Positions 27,679 through 37,431 of a stretch of 64,000 bases of DNA are shown piece by piece. The stretch comes from Spartobacteria bacterium. GTDB taxonomy: Bacteria > Verrucomicrobiota > Verrucomicrobiia > Chthoniobacterales > UBA10450. The notes under the pieces are model-generated. The model was not told the origin of the DNA, searched no databases, and saw nothing but the letters and a program-made list of their open reading frames with translations. The stretch spans positions 1,794 to 65,793 of the forward strand of contig JBDUDM010000001.1 of the NCBI GenBank assembly GCA_040002925.1, given 5' to 3'. Each line of letters begins with the position of its first letter. Position 1 is the stretch's first letter. The position numbers and the translations under genes were made by a program.

Positions 27679-30600
27679 AATGAAAGTCGTGCGACTCGCT
27701 GCCGACGAGTTGTTCGTGCGCGAGAGGCCGGATATCGCGCGTCTTAATCAACACGACGTTTTCAGAATTCTGCACATCGCCTTCGATTAGCAAAAATGAT
27801 TCTTCGGTAATCATCAGCCGAAACCGCTCGAATACGTCAGGATCGACAATCGCATTCGCGACCCCGGTCTCATCTTCCAGGCTGATAAAGACAAAACCTT
27901 TCGCCGTGCCGGGACGCTGACGACAAATGACATTGCCGGCGATTTGCACAGACGCGCCGGGCTGCGCCTGCGCGAGATCGATCGCTCGCCAAACATTCGG
28001 CAAACGTTCGCGTAACAACTTCATTGGATGCGGTCCGATCGTCAGGTTCATCGTTTCGTAATCCGCCTGCACCCGCTCGGAGATGTTCATGCGCTTCAAC
28101 GGAGATGAAGATGTCGATCTTGCGAGGAGATCGTCGTGCATCGCTTCTTCCACGCGCCACATGGCGGCGCGGCGATGATCGGTGAAGCAGTTGAGCGCAC
28201 CGAGTTCGGCAAGCGCTCGCAGTTCTTCCTTCGAAACGGCGACGCGCCGTTTGAAATCATCGAGCGAATCGAATTGTCGATCTTGCCGTTGCCGCACGAG
28301 TTCATCCGCATGTTCGTGGCGAAGTCCGTTTACCACACAAAATCCCAGTCGCACCGTTTCATCGGAAACAACCGCACAGTTCCATGTCGATCTTTGCACA
28401 CAGACCGGTTGCGTTTTCACGCCGTGGCGGCTGGCGTCTTTCACGATGGTCGCCGGCGTATAAAAACCCATCGGCTGATTGTTGAGCAGGCTGGCGTAAA
28501 ACTCGGACGCGCGATGCACTTTCAAATACGCGCTGCCGTAAGCGAGGATGGCAAAACTGATCGCGTGCGATTCGGGAAATCCGTAAAGCGCGAACGAGGT
28601 GATCGATTGCAGGATTTTGTCGATCACGGCCGGCGCTACGTTTTTGCGCTGCATGGCCGCGCGCAGTTTTACACTCACCTTGTTCATGCGGACTTCGGAT
28701 CGATGAAAGCTGAGCGCGCGCCGCAATTCTTCCGCTTCATCGCCGGAGAAATCCGCCATCACCATCGCAATCTTTAACATCTGTTCCTGAAATAGCGGAA
28801 CACCGAGCGTGCGGCCGAGAATCGGTTTCAATCGCGGATCGAAATACGTCACCGGTTCGCGGCCGGCGCGCCGCGCGAGATAAGGATGCACCATGTCGCC
28901 CTGGATCGGCCCGGGGCGAATGATCGCGACTTCGATGACGACATCGTAAAAACATTTCGGTTTCATCCGCGGCAGCGTGGCCATTTGTGCGCGGCTCTCG
29001 ATTTGAAAAACGCCGATGGTGTCGGCCTTCTGCATGATCTCGAAAGTGGCCGCGTCGTCTTTCGGAATGTGAGCAAGATCGAGAGGTCGCCCGCGTTCGC
29101 GGCAAAGCTCGAGCGCGTCCTGCATCACCGACATCATGCCCAGGCCTAACAAATCCACTTTGACGATGCCGAGATCTTCGCAATCGTCCTTGTCCCATTG
29201 CGCGACGACGCGACCGGGCATCGACGCATTTTCGAGCGGCACGAAGGAGCTGAGTTTGTCTTGGCAAATAATCATGCCGCCGGAGTGCTGGCCGAGATGG
29301 CGCGGCAATCCGTACATCGCCTGATAAAGATCGATGAACGCCGGCATGCGCGGGTGTTCCTTTGGCAAACCGGCCTGCTCGATTTGCGATTGCAGGTCGA
29401 GCGTGTGCGGAAAATCTCCGCTCGCAAACAAGTGCGAGAACCGATCAAGAATGCTCGGCGAGAAATTCAGCGCTTTGCCGATCTCGCGCGCGGCGCTGCG
29501 GCCACGATACGTGATGACGTTCGCGGTCATGGCCGCGCCGTGTTTGCCGTAGCGCCGATAAATTTCCTGGATCACGCTTTCGCGACGATCGCCGCTCGGA
29601 AGATCGAGATCGATATCGGGCCAGCCTTTGCGGCTCTCGCTCAGGAAACGCTCGAAGACGAGATGATTGCTGACCGGATCGACCGGGGTGATGCCGAGGC
29701 AATAACAGACCGCGCTATTGGCCGCGCTGCCGCGACCCTGGACCATGACATCGTGTTCGCGGCAAAAGTTAACGATATCCCAGACGATCAAAAAATATCC
29801 CGGGAATCCGAGTTTGCTGATGAGCGCGAGTTCTTCCTCGAGCTGACGTTTCACCGCGGCGCTGACCGCGGTGTAACGTTGTTGCGCGCCGAACCAGACG
29901 ATGGTGCGGAGAAAAGAATCCATGCTGTGACCGCTCGGCACGGGGAAGGATGGAAATTCGTAGCCTATGTTTTCGAGCGAAAAAGTAAGGCGCTCGGCCA
30001 GGCGCGAAGTGTTCTCGATCGCTTCGGGCAAATCGCGAAAGAGCTCTCGCATTTCGCGGTCGCTCTTCAAATGACGCTCGGCATTTTGCGTGAGCAATTT
30101 GCCGGCGGCATCGAGATGGGTGTGCTCGCGGATGCAGGTGAAAACATCAGCGACCTGGCGACCGGACGGTTTGGCGTATTGCACGCCATTGGTCGCTAAG
30201 ATCGACAATCGATAATGCGCGGCAAGATCGACAAGTGGCCGGTTAATGCGTTCTTTGCCGCGGAGAAAGTGCCGCTGGATTTCAACGAACACATTTTCGC
30301 AGCCGAACGCATCGATGAGAAACTGCGCGCGATTTTCTGAACTGTAGGCGACGCTGTTAGCGTCGCGAGGGAAGCAAACTGCTTCCCCTACAAGCGCGAC
30401 CAAGCCATCCGCGAACTCCGCGAGCTCGCTCCATTGCACCGAGCATTTTCCTTTTTCGCTGCGCAGATGCGCTTGCGTGAGCAGCCCGCATAAATTTTTG
30501 TAGCCGGCGCGATTCTCGACCAGCACCGGAAGAATCGCGCCGTCTTCCATGGTCAACTCGGCGCCAGTGATGGGCCGAACATTTTGTTCGCGCGCGGCCA

Positions 30601-30754
30601 TCGCGAAACGTTGCGAGCCGTAAACACCGTCGCGATCCAGCAATGCCATTGCCGGCATCTCGAGCTCGGCGGCGGTCTCGGCTAGTTGTTCAGGAAAGGA
30701 ACCACCGCGCAGAAAACTGAATGCGCTGCCGGCATGCAATTCAACGTAAGACAT
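27677..30754 (-). CDS. dnaE2: Error-prone DNA polymerase (Pol III alpha-like, ImuC)
   Basis: About 1025 aa from MSYVELHAGSAFSFLRGGS (PHP domain). Pol III alpha core and an OB fold are at the C-terminus. It lies directly downstream of the imuB 3' fragment. Confidence 0.9.
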   Translation of the reverse strand: MSYVELHAGSAFSFLRGGSFPEQLAETAAELEMPAMALLDRDGVYGSQRFAMAAREQNVRPITGAELTMEDGAILPVLVENRAGYKNLCGLLTQAHLRSEKGKCSVQWSELAEFADGLVALVGEAVCFPRDANSVAYSSENRAQFLIDAFGCENVFVEIQRHFLRGKERINRPLVDLAAHYRLSILATNGVQYAKPSGRQVADVFTCIREHTHLDAAGKLLTQNAERHLKSDREMRELFRDLPEAIENTSRLAERLTFSLENIGYEFPSFPVPSGHSMDSFLRTIVWFGAQQRYTAVSAAVKRQLEEELALISKLGFPGYFLIVWDIVNFCREHDVMVQGRGSAANSAVCYCLGITPVDPVSNHLVFERFLSESRKGWPDIDLDLPSGDRRESVIQEIYRRYGKHGAAMTANVITYRGRSAAREIGKALNFSPSILDRFSHLFASGDFPHTLDLQSQIEQAGLPKEHPRMPAFIDLYQAMYGLPRHLGQHSGGMIICQDKLSSFVPLENASMPGRVVAQWDKDDCEDLGIVKVDLLGLGMMSVMQDALELCRERGRPLDLAHIPKDDAATFEIMQKADTIGVFQIESRAQMATLPRMKPKCFYDVVIEVAIIRPGPIQGDMVHPYLARRAGREPVTYFDPRLKPILGRTLGVPLFQEQMLKIAMVMADFSGDEAEELRRALSFHRSEVRMNKVSVKLRAAMQRKNVAPAVIDKILQSITSFALYGFPESHAISFAILAYGSAYLKVHRASEFYASLLNNQPMGFYTPATIVKDASRHGVKTQPVCVQRSTWNCAVVSDETVRLGFCVVNGLRHEHADELVRQRQDRQFDSLDDFKRRVAVSKEELRALAELGALNCFTDHRRAAMWRVEEAMHDDLLARSTSSSPLKRMNISERVQADYETMNLTIGPHPMKLLRERLPNVWRAIDLAQAQPGASVQIAGNVICRQRPGTAKGFVFISLEDETGVANAIVDPDVFERFRLMITEESFLLIEGDVQNSENVVLIKTRDIRPLAHEQLVGSESHDFH
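30343..30392. repeat. TGTAGG...CCTACA double-hairpin element, copy E3, inside the dnaE2 CDS and in frame
   Basis: TGTAGG-CGACGC-tgtta-GCGTCG-cga-GGGAAGC-aaac-TGCTTCCC-CTACA. It is translated on the minus strand as VGEAVCFPRDANSVAY. It is closely similar to the reverse complement of copy E4. Confidence 0.7.
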
Positions 30755-30773
30755 GGCGCAACTCGCGAAATCA

Positions 30774-31733
30774 TCAGTCGTAAACACCGTCGATTTGCCA
30801 GCCGGACTCATCGGCATGACAACGGACGAGCTCGCCCGGATTCAATTCCAAATCCCATTCCGCCCGCGACCAAGTTTGCACATCCCACCAATTTCCCGAT
30901 GCCAGATACGGTCCGTTTTTTTTCGAAATGGCTCCGCTCACTTTTGCGCTGCGGAGATGGAGCGGTTTATTTTGTTCTAGCAAAACGGAGGCGTTGGTTG
31001 CTGGCCGGAAGCGACGTAAGGCAGCACCAGATTTCGGTTCGGCCGGAGTAGATGGCGGACTAAAATTCCACGCGAACGGTTCAAGATGAAAAGCATCGGG
31101 ACGATGCGTTTCTTCTACAACGGGCGTGCCGACTCGATTGCTTCCGAGTAAGGCGACGAGGCGCGCGAGCGTTTCGGAAAGTTGGGCGGGATTTCGCAGT
31201 GCCGTTTCGAAAAGGCCGAACTGTTGCGGCGCCGGTTTGGTTGGCTTCGCTTCCAACGCGATGGCGATAATGGGATGTTCCGATTGGAAATTCTCCAAGT
31301 GCGTGTGCAGCATGCGAAAGAGAAGATCGACATCGTTCGTCGGCTGCGGAATGGAGAAGCAGCGTTCGTATTGCTCTCGATTATCGAAGGTGATGCGAAG
31401 GGTGAGTTCCTGCGCGACGAGGTAAATCGCCTGTAAACGAATCGCGATTTGTTCCAAGAATCTTCGTAGCATGAAGAGCAACGGATCGATCGTTTCGACT
31501 TCGTGTTCGAACTCAAAGCTCTCGGCAAATGATTCCGGCGGCTCGATCAGTTTGAGAAGCCGCATTGATTTGCCCTGAGCGCGTTCCCAAAGCCGGACCG
31601 CTTCCGGGCCGAGCCTCGCGCTAATGTCTTTACGATCTAGCGCAGCGAAATCGCCGACGGTATGCACGCCCCATTTGTGCAAGATCGACATGATGCGCCC
31701 GACTTCCCCCGCTGTCTTCCTGGGGTCAGGCAT
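30774..31733 (-). CDS. imuB: ImuB (Y-family polymerase-like) C-terminal two-thirds; one half of a split gene
   Basis: 319 aa starting within the HhH/little-finger region (ILHKWGVHTVGDFAALD...). It has a beta-clamp-type motif QQFGLF. The ATG overlaps the stop of the upstream repeat-protein gene (TAATG). The N-terminal third is encoded at 41350-41910 on the other strand. Confidence 0.75.
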   Translation of the reverse strand: MPDPRKTAGEVGRIMSILHKWGVHTVGDFAALDRKDISARLGPEAVRLWERAQGKSMRLLKLIEPPESFAESFEFEHEVETIDPLLFMLRRFLEQIAIRLQAIYLVAQELTLRITFDNREQYERCFSIPQPTNDVDLLFRMLHTHLENFQSEHPIIAIALEAKPTKPAPQQFGLFETALRNPAQLSETLARLVALLGSNRVGTPVVEETHRPDAFHLEPFAWNFSPPSTPAEPKSGAALRRFRPATNASVLLEQNKPLHLRSAKVSGAISKKNGPYLASGNWWDVQTWSRAEWDLELNPGELVRCHADESGWQIDGVYD

Positions 31734-33676
31734 TACCGTTGTTGCGAGAGCAAACGTGTTTTTATTTCGGCGGGCAGCGTAGCGTTATTGATCCACGAGG
31801 CGGCGCTGCCGGGATTGACCTTGAGCCAATTCGTTAGGATGGATTCGACCTGGCTGTTGCGCATTCCTTCATTCCCGATCGACGACGCCCATTGCGCGGC
31901 CGCTTCCGGATCGGACACCGCGATGCGACGAGTGAAAACCGCGATACCGGCGTCGCGCGTAGTCCCTTGGTGCAAACTGCCTAACCAAGTCGCGGCCGCC
32001 GATGGATCGCTTTCGGCCCAGCGGTTCACCACATTTTCCACCGCGCGTTGCCGACCGACACCTTCCGGAAAGGACGTGGCCCACTTGCTCGCTTCGCGCG
32101 GATCTTGCGACGCCCATTGCCACCCGATGGTGCCGGCAGCATTCGCTTGCGCGTCTGACGAAGAAATTTTCGAAATAAGGCGCGCGGCTTCGCGGACATT
32201 ATTTTCTGCGACGCTCGCGACAATTCCGGGAAGCATGGCGTCGCGCGCGGCGGTGTCGGAAAGATTTTCCGCCCAGGTGAGCGCGGCTGTTGGATCAGAC
32301 TGAGCCCAACGTCGCGCAACGTGATCCAGTAAATTGCCGCCCGCATTCGAGCTGCGCTGGCGCAATGCGAAATCGGCCGCGGCCCGTGGATCCGCATCGC
32401 TCCATTGCGCCACGATGTTGCTCAGGGCGTTTTGGCGGGCCTGCCCCGGCGGGAGTTTTTGCGCCCAAGCCGCGGCGCTTTGCACATCGCTCCCAGCCAA
32501 TTGCGTAGCGATCGCGGTGATCGCTTCTTCCTGCGTTTTTCCGGGAGGCAAAGTGGAAATATAATCTGCCGCCGCAGCCGGCTCAGATTGAACCCATGCG
32601 ACGAGGACACCACGCACCGCCTGGGATTGCCCTTCACCTATCGGTAATTGTTGCGCCCAACTCAGTGCTGCGCGCACATCGCTCTGGGCCCATTGCCGGG
32701 CAATATTACCTAACGATTGCTCTCGCACGGTGCCGCCCGGAAGCGTCACCACCAGCGCCGCCGCTTTCGCGGGGTCCTTACCCGCCCAGCTCGTTAGGAT
32801 ATTTTGCAACGTGTTATTGCGGCCGCGTCCAGGCGGCAGGTTGTTCGCCCAGGCGAATGCCGCTTCCGGATCTTGATTTGCCCATGTCGATCCAACGGCC
32901 TGGCAAGCGGCGTCGTGGTTCGCATCCGGCGGCAGGCGCGTGACCATGGCGGCAGCGGCGGCAGGATCATTCGCTGCCCAATTATTGAAGATGGGCCAAT
33001 AGAGATTCTGGCGCGCACGACTCGCGGGCAGAGCCTGCACCAACGTGAGCGCGCGTTGCGGATCATTTTCGGCAATCGCGGTAACGACGGTTTGCATCGC
33101 CTGATCGTGCGCCGGTCCCGGCGGAAGTTGCTGCACCCAGGCGGCGGCAGCGTTGGCATCGCGACTGGCCCAACCTTTCGCCGCGCTCGTCATCGCCGAG
33201 GTGCGAGCTGGGCCCGGCGGTTGTTTTTCCGCATAAGCGATCGCGGCCGTGGCATCGAACTCGGCCCAACGGTTCACGATCGCCGCAACGAGGACATTTT
33301 TTTCCTGGGAACCCGGCAAACTTTCGGCGAACGCGACGACGTCGTTCACATTTTTTTCGTCCAGCGCGTCGACCAGTTTAGTGAATTCGGTTTTAGCGCG
33401 GCGAGTGTTGCGCTGACCGAGCGCCGCTTTGATCGAGCCGATAATTTTTTCGGGCGGCGCGTGCGGATCGACCGAAGCATCGATTATCGATCTTGCGCGT
33501 TCTGGTTCTGGCGCAGCAACAATCTTTGCCGGAACAGGCGGGGTGGATGGCAGCATCGCGACCGGTTTAGGTGGCGCGACGGCCGGTTTCGAAAATGGAT
33601 TTGGGTAATGTCCGACAAGGAGCCCAGCGCAAAACAGCAGAACCGCGCTGCCGATCGTAATGGTGGCGCGATTCAT
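31733..33676 (-). CDS. Membrane-anchored alpha-solenoid repeat protein (about 13 repeats of about 38 aa)
   Basis: 647 aa with an N-terminal TM segment. The repeat unit is of the form DPxAAAxWxxxLPPGxxRxxAxxxIxxxWA. AGGAG lies 5 nt before the ATG and a LexA box 29-42 nt upstream. Confidence 0.7.
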   Translation of the reverse strand: MNRATITIGSAVLLFCAGLLVGHYPNPFSKPAVAPPKPVAMLPSTPPVPAKIVAAPEPERARSIIDASVDPHAPPEKIIGSIKAALGQRNTRRAKTEFTKLVDALDEKNVNDVVAFAESLPGSQEKNVLVAAIVNRWAEFDATAAIAYAEKQPPGPARTSAMTSAAKGWASRDANAAAAWVQQLPPGPAHDQAMQTVVTAIAENDPQRALTLVQALPASRARQNLYWPIFNNWAANDPAAAAAMVTRLPPDANHDAACQAVGSTWANQDPEAAFAWANNLPPGRGRNNTLQNILTSWAGKDPAKAAALVVTLPGGTVREQSLGNIARQWAQSDVRAALSWAQQLPIGEGQSQAVRGVLVAWVQSEPAAAADYISTLPPGKTQEEAITAIATQLAGSDVQSAAAWAQKLPPGQARQNALSNIVAQWSDADPRAAADFALRQRSSNAGGNLLDHVARRWAQSDPTAALTWAENLSDTAARDAMLPGIVASVAENNVREAARLISKISSSDAQANAAGTIGWQWASQDPREASKWATSFPEGVGRQRAVENVVNRWAESDPSAAATWLGSLHQGTTRDAGIAVFTRRIAVSDPEAAAQWASSIGNEGMRNSQVESILTNWLKVNPGSAASWINNATLPAEIKTRLLSQQR

Positions 33677-33704
33677 AATCTCCTCTTACGGCAAATCGTT
33701 GATA

Positions 33705-33718
33705 TGTTCAAATGAACT
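33705..33718 (-). promoter_or_regulatory. Putative LexA box upstream of the repeat-protein / imuB-3' / dnaE2 unit
   Basis: TGTTCAAATGAACT on the plus strand (AGTTCATTTGAACA in the gene orientation). Matches TGTTC-N4-GAACA at 13 of 14 positions and is nearly identical to the box in front of lexA. Confidence 0.6.
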
Positions 33719-35703
33719 TATAAGATTGTGACCGGACATTTTGGTAATGCCTGCATAAATGCGCGGCCATACGGCTTCGTCACAATGCGATTATCCAGGA
33801 TCACCGCGATCCCATGATCGCTCTTTGTCCGAATCAAGCGTCCGATTCCCTGACGCAATTTCAGGATCGCTTCCGGCAGCGAGTATTCCGTGAAAGGATC
33901 GCCGCCGCGTTCCTGCACTAATTCGAGCTTCGCTTCTATCAGCGGATGATCGGGCACCGCGAAGGGCAAACGGGTGATGATGACGTTTGAAAGTGCTTCG
34001 CCCGGCACATCCACGCCCATCCAAAAACTGTCGGTGCCAAAAAGGACGCTGCGCGGAGTCGCCTTAAATTGTTCAAGTAATTTGCCGCGCGGCATCCCTG
34101 CACCCTGGACGAACAGGTTCAGATTCTTGTCGATGAAACTCTGCTGCAATCGCGCCACCATTTGCTGCATCCCGCGATAACTGGTGAAAAGAATAAAGGC
34201 GCGCCCTTCCGTTTCCTCGACGAAATGCGCAATCCATTTCGCCAGCGCTTCTTCGTAACCGGCCTCGCGCGGGTCGGGCATTTTTTGGACGATGAAAAGT
34301 TTCATCTGGTTTTGAAAATCGAACGGACTCCCCAGTTGCAACGGTTCCGCGTCATTCGCGCCGATGCGATTCCGGAAATACGCCATGTCGGCGCGGCCGA
34401 CCGAAAGGGTGGCGCTCGTCATCACGCATGAGCAGGAATCGCGAAACAACATGCGACGAAGCACTGGCGCGATGTCGATCGGCGATGCGTTCAGCGAAAG
34501 AAACTGACCGGCTTTCCCGGTGCGTTCGACCCAGTAGACGTGCGGCTCCTGCGCGCTTTGCTCGAGGAATACTTTAATGCCATCGCGCGCATCGCGAATT
34601 CTTCCGCCGATGTCCTGCAATTCCGCCCGCAGAAATTCATCCTCGGTTTTACGGACGACCTCGGCCACGCGTGCTTGCAGCGCAATCAATCGCCCGGTGA
34701 TGGTGTCCGGCACGAAGTCCGGAGCGCGGACGCGGAACTCGCGGCCTTTGGTGAAGTTGCAATGCGTCTCCAGTTTCTCGAAAAAGATGTCGACTTCATC
34801 GGCAAGGGATGCGGCCAGCGTCACGCCAGCGGCTTCGCGCGTGACCGTGAAAAGGCCTTTGCGGCTCCGCGCGTTGTAGAGCCGTTGGATTGTCGATCTT
34901 AGCCCGTATTGCGAAACGCCGAGGCCGACCTGACGGGAAGCCACCTGCTCGATCGTGTGCGCCTCGTCGAAGATGATGAAGTCGTTAGGGAACAAAAACC
35001 CGCTCTCGCGTGCGGCCTGCTCCTCTGGATCACCGAACAACTTGAAGAGCAAAGTGTGATTGATGACGAGGACATCGGCGACGAGCAAACGTTTGCGCGC
35101 CTGCTGATAAAAACACCCGTGATGTTGTCCGCACGTTTTCGTGGTGCAGACGTGCGCCTCGCTACAGACCTGCGTCCAAACTTTCGAGTCCGGTTCGAAA
35201 TTCAAATCGCTCAGCGACCCGTCCTGCGTCTTCGCGGCCCATTCCGCCAGTTGCTGCAATTCCTCCTTCTCCGACGTGGTGAAGAGATCGTTCGCCTGTT
35301 GCAGCGCGCGCTCGAGCCGGCGCGGACAAAGATAGTTTTGCCGACCCTTCACTAAGGCCGCCTCGAACTCGACCGGCAATGTCTTCTTTAAAATCGGGAT
35401 GTCTTTATAGAGAAGCTGCTCTTGCAGATTGATCGTGTGCGTCGAAATGATCGCTTTCTTTTTCTGCTCGAGCGCGAACAGAATCGACGGCACCAGATAG
35501 GCGATCGATTTGCCTACGCCCGTCCCGGCCTCGACGACAAGATGTCGATCTTCCTCCAGCGTGCGCGCCACCGCCACCGCCATCTCCTGTTGCTCGGGAC
35601 GAAACTCGAAATTCTTCGCCTTCGACAGCAAACCGGTTTCAGAAAAGATCGCGCGGACACGCTCGACCAGCTCAGTTCCGATAGAGTCCTTGAGCGCAAT
35701 CAT
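33718..35703 (-). CDS. dinG: DinG/Rad3-family ATP-dependent DNA helicase
   Basis: 661 aa; Walker A AGTGVGKS, DEAH box FDEAH, Fe-S Cys cluster (CPRR...C...C..C), and C-terminal helicase motifs. Confidence 0.85.
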   Translation of the reverse strand: MIALKDSIGTELVERVRAIFSETGLLSKAKNFEFRPEQQEMAVAVARTLEEDRHLVVEAGTGVGKSIAYLVPSILFALEQKKKAIISTHTINLQEQLLYKDIPILKKTLPVEFEAALVKGRQNYLCPRRLERALQQANDLFTTSEKEELQQLAEWAAKTQDGSLSDLNFEPDSKVWTQVCSEAHVCTTKTCGQHHGCFYQQARKRLLVADVLVINHTLLFKLFGDPEEQAARESGFLFPNDFIIFDEAHTIEQVASRQVGLGVSQYGLRSTIQRLYNARSRKGLFTVTREAAGVTLAASLADEVDIFFEKLETHCNFTKGREFRVRAPDFVPDTITGRLIALQARVAEVVRKTEDEFLRAELQDIGGRIRDARDGIKVFLEQSAQEPHVYWVERTGKAGQFLSLNASPIDIAPVLRRMLFRDSCSCVMTSATLSVGRADMAYFRNRIGANDAEPLQLGSPFDFQNQMKLFIVQKMPDPREAGYEEALAKWIAHFVEETEGRAFILFTSYRGMQQMVARLQQSFIDKNLNLFVQGAGMPRGKLLEQFKATPRSVLFGTDSFWMGVDVPGEALSNVIITRLPFAVPDHPLIEAKLELVQERGGDPFTEYSLPEAILKLRQGIGRLIRTKSDHGIAVILDNRIVTKPYGRAFMQALPKCPVTIL

Positions 35704-35778
35704 TCAATCACTCGCGCAGCGTGCGAAATCACGCCGTTACGTTAAACTGATCCTGCCGAAGCCTCATCCCTAATTTCC

Positions 35779-36918
35779 GTGAAACTGCTCGATCGCTACG
35801 TCACCCGCAATTTTCTGCAGGCCTACATTTACTGCATCGCGGGGTTCATCTCCATCTGGCTCGTCTTCGATGTGAGCGACAACATCTCCACCTTCATCGA
35901 TCAGCACCTCGGCGTGCGCCGCGTCGCGCTTTACTATTTAACGCAGGTTCCGCAAATCGTGGTCATTCTCCTGCCGGTTTCGTTGCTGCTCGCGTTGCTA
36001 TTTTGTCTCGGACGGATGTCACGCGCGAACGAAGTCGTGTCGATGTTGACCGCCGGAGTCAGCGTACCGCGCGTCTTGCTTCCACTCATCATCATCGGCG
36101 GATTGACTGCGATCGGGACGCTGGCGCTTAACTACGAACTCGCGCCGCATGCCGATCTCGCGAAAAAAAATGTGTTATCGGCCGAGCGCGTGCGACGCGC
36201 CTCGCAAGTCGAGGGACAAATTTTTCGTAATCGAAGCGACGCCCGCACTTGGTTCATCCAAAGTTTTCGCATCCATCAAAATGCTTTCAATAACGTGCAG
36301 GTGCTGCAACAGGACGCGCAGGATAACATCGTCATGAGTTACATGGCGAAACGCGCAGTGTTCCGGCCCGAAACAAAAGCGTGGGAACTCGAATCGGCCA
36401 AGATCGTCCACTACGACAACGCGGGAAATATTCTCCGCGAAGAGTTTCAGCCGACGATGTCGATCTTGCACTGGAGCGAAACGCCTTACCGCTTGAGCAG
36501 CGCGAATGTTCGCGCCGAGCAACTCGGCGTCCCGGAGCTGCGTGAGTATTTGCATTTTAATTCCGACTTCCCTCCTACTCTGCTCGCGCCATTCAAAACC
36601 CATCTGCAATATCGACTCGCCCTGCCTTGGACATGTCTCGTCGTCGTTTTCATCGCGGCGCCGCTCGGCATCGGCTTTTCGCGCCGCGGCGTCCTCTCCA
36701 GCGTCGCCGCATCCATCGTTCTCGTGTTCTCCATGAATTTTCTCACCCACTTGTTTCTCGCGCTTGGCGAGGGTTATCGCATTCCGGCGTGGGCCGCCGC
36801 GTGGACGCCGAACGCAATCTTCGCCGTCATCGGCTTGTATCTGCTTTATCTCCGGGCGACCAATCGCGAAGGCTTCGGCTTTCGCCTGCTGCCGACGCGT
36901 CGTATAGTTGCGCGATGA
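35779..36918 (+). CDS. LptF/LptG-family LPS export permease
   Basis: 379 aa with a GTG start. MKLLDRYVTRNFLQAYIYCIAGFISIW is typical of the YjgP/YjgQ family. It has 6 TM segments and a periplasmic beta-jellyroll loop. Confidence 0.8.
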   Translation: MKLLDRYVTRNFLQAYIYCIAGFISIWLVFDVSDNISTFIDQHLGVRRVALYYLTQVPQIVVILLPVSLLLALLFCLGRMSRANEVVSMLTAGVSVPRVLLPLIIIGGLTAIGTLALNYELAPHADLAKKNVLSAERVRRASQVEGQIFRNRSDARTWFIQSFRIHQNAFNNVQVLQQDAQDNIVMSYMAKRAVFRPETKAWELESAKIVHYDNAGNILREEFQPTMSILHWSETPYRLSSANVRAEQLGVPELREYLHFNSDFPPTLLAPFKTHLQYRLALPWTCLVVVFIAAPLGIGFSRRGVLSSVAASIVLVFSMNFLTHLFLALGEGYRIPAWAAAWTPNAIFAVIGLYLLYLRATNREGFGFRLLPTRRIVAR

Positions 36919-37424
36919 GTCTTCTGGCTAACGAATGGGCGATCAAACATCGCTCGGATGTCTGCGCGGCCACGCAACGGCCTTTTGCGGAGGGAGAATT
37001 TTTCTACACCCTGCTCTTTCACGAAGCCGAAGGTTTTCGCAGGGAAGATTTGAGCGAAGCAGCCTGGCAAAGCCGTAACGAAAACATTCGGCCGTTTTCA
37101 TTTTGGAAAAGCCGCTACGAGCCCACGCCGCCCGCTCCGCCTGAAACTTTGGCCAAAGAAAATGCCGAAGAATTATTTCGTCGCCTGGTGGCATCCGAAA
37201 ACGCGCCCGCGAATGCATGCTACGTCCTGGCCGCCATGCTTGAGCGCAAACGCGTGCTGAAACAAATTAAGACCGAGAAGACCGATGACGGCCGCGTTTT
37301 GGTTTACGAGCATCGGGAAAACGGCGACGTCTTCATCGTGCGCGATCCCGGCCTGCGCCTGGATGAATTGCAGAACGTGCAGAGCGAGGTCGCAAATCTG
37401 CTCCAAGCCGGAATCCCCCGCTAA
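36915..37424 (+). CDS. Hypothetical protein
   Basis: 169 aa. The ATG overlaps the upstream stop (ATGA). No family recognised. The ORF-track start at 36627 is an over-extension. Confidence 0.55.
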   Translation: MSLLANEWAIKHRSDVCAATQRPFAEGEFFYTLLFHEAEGFRREDLSEAAWQSRNENIRPFSFWKSRYEPTPPAPPETLAKENAEELFRRLVASENAPANACYVLAAMLERKRVLKQIKTEKTDDGRVLVYEHRENGDVFIVRDPGLRLDELQNVQSEVANLLQAGIPR

Positions 37425-37431
37425 GATCGAC

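Noticed and set aside
29198-30199. 333-aa plus-strand ORF
   Set aside because: It is antisense to dnaE2, has an Arg/Ala-rich low-information composition and no recognisable motifs.
32804-33715. 303-aa plus-strand ORF
   Set aside because: It is antisense to the 647-aa repeat-protein gene and has an Arg/Gly-rich composition typical of GC-rich antisense frames.
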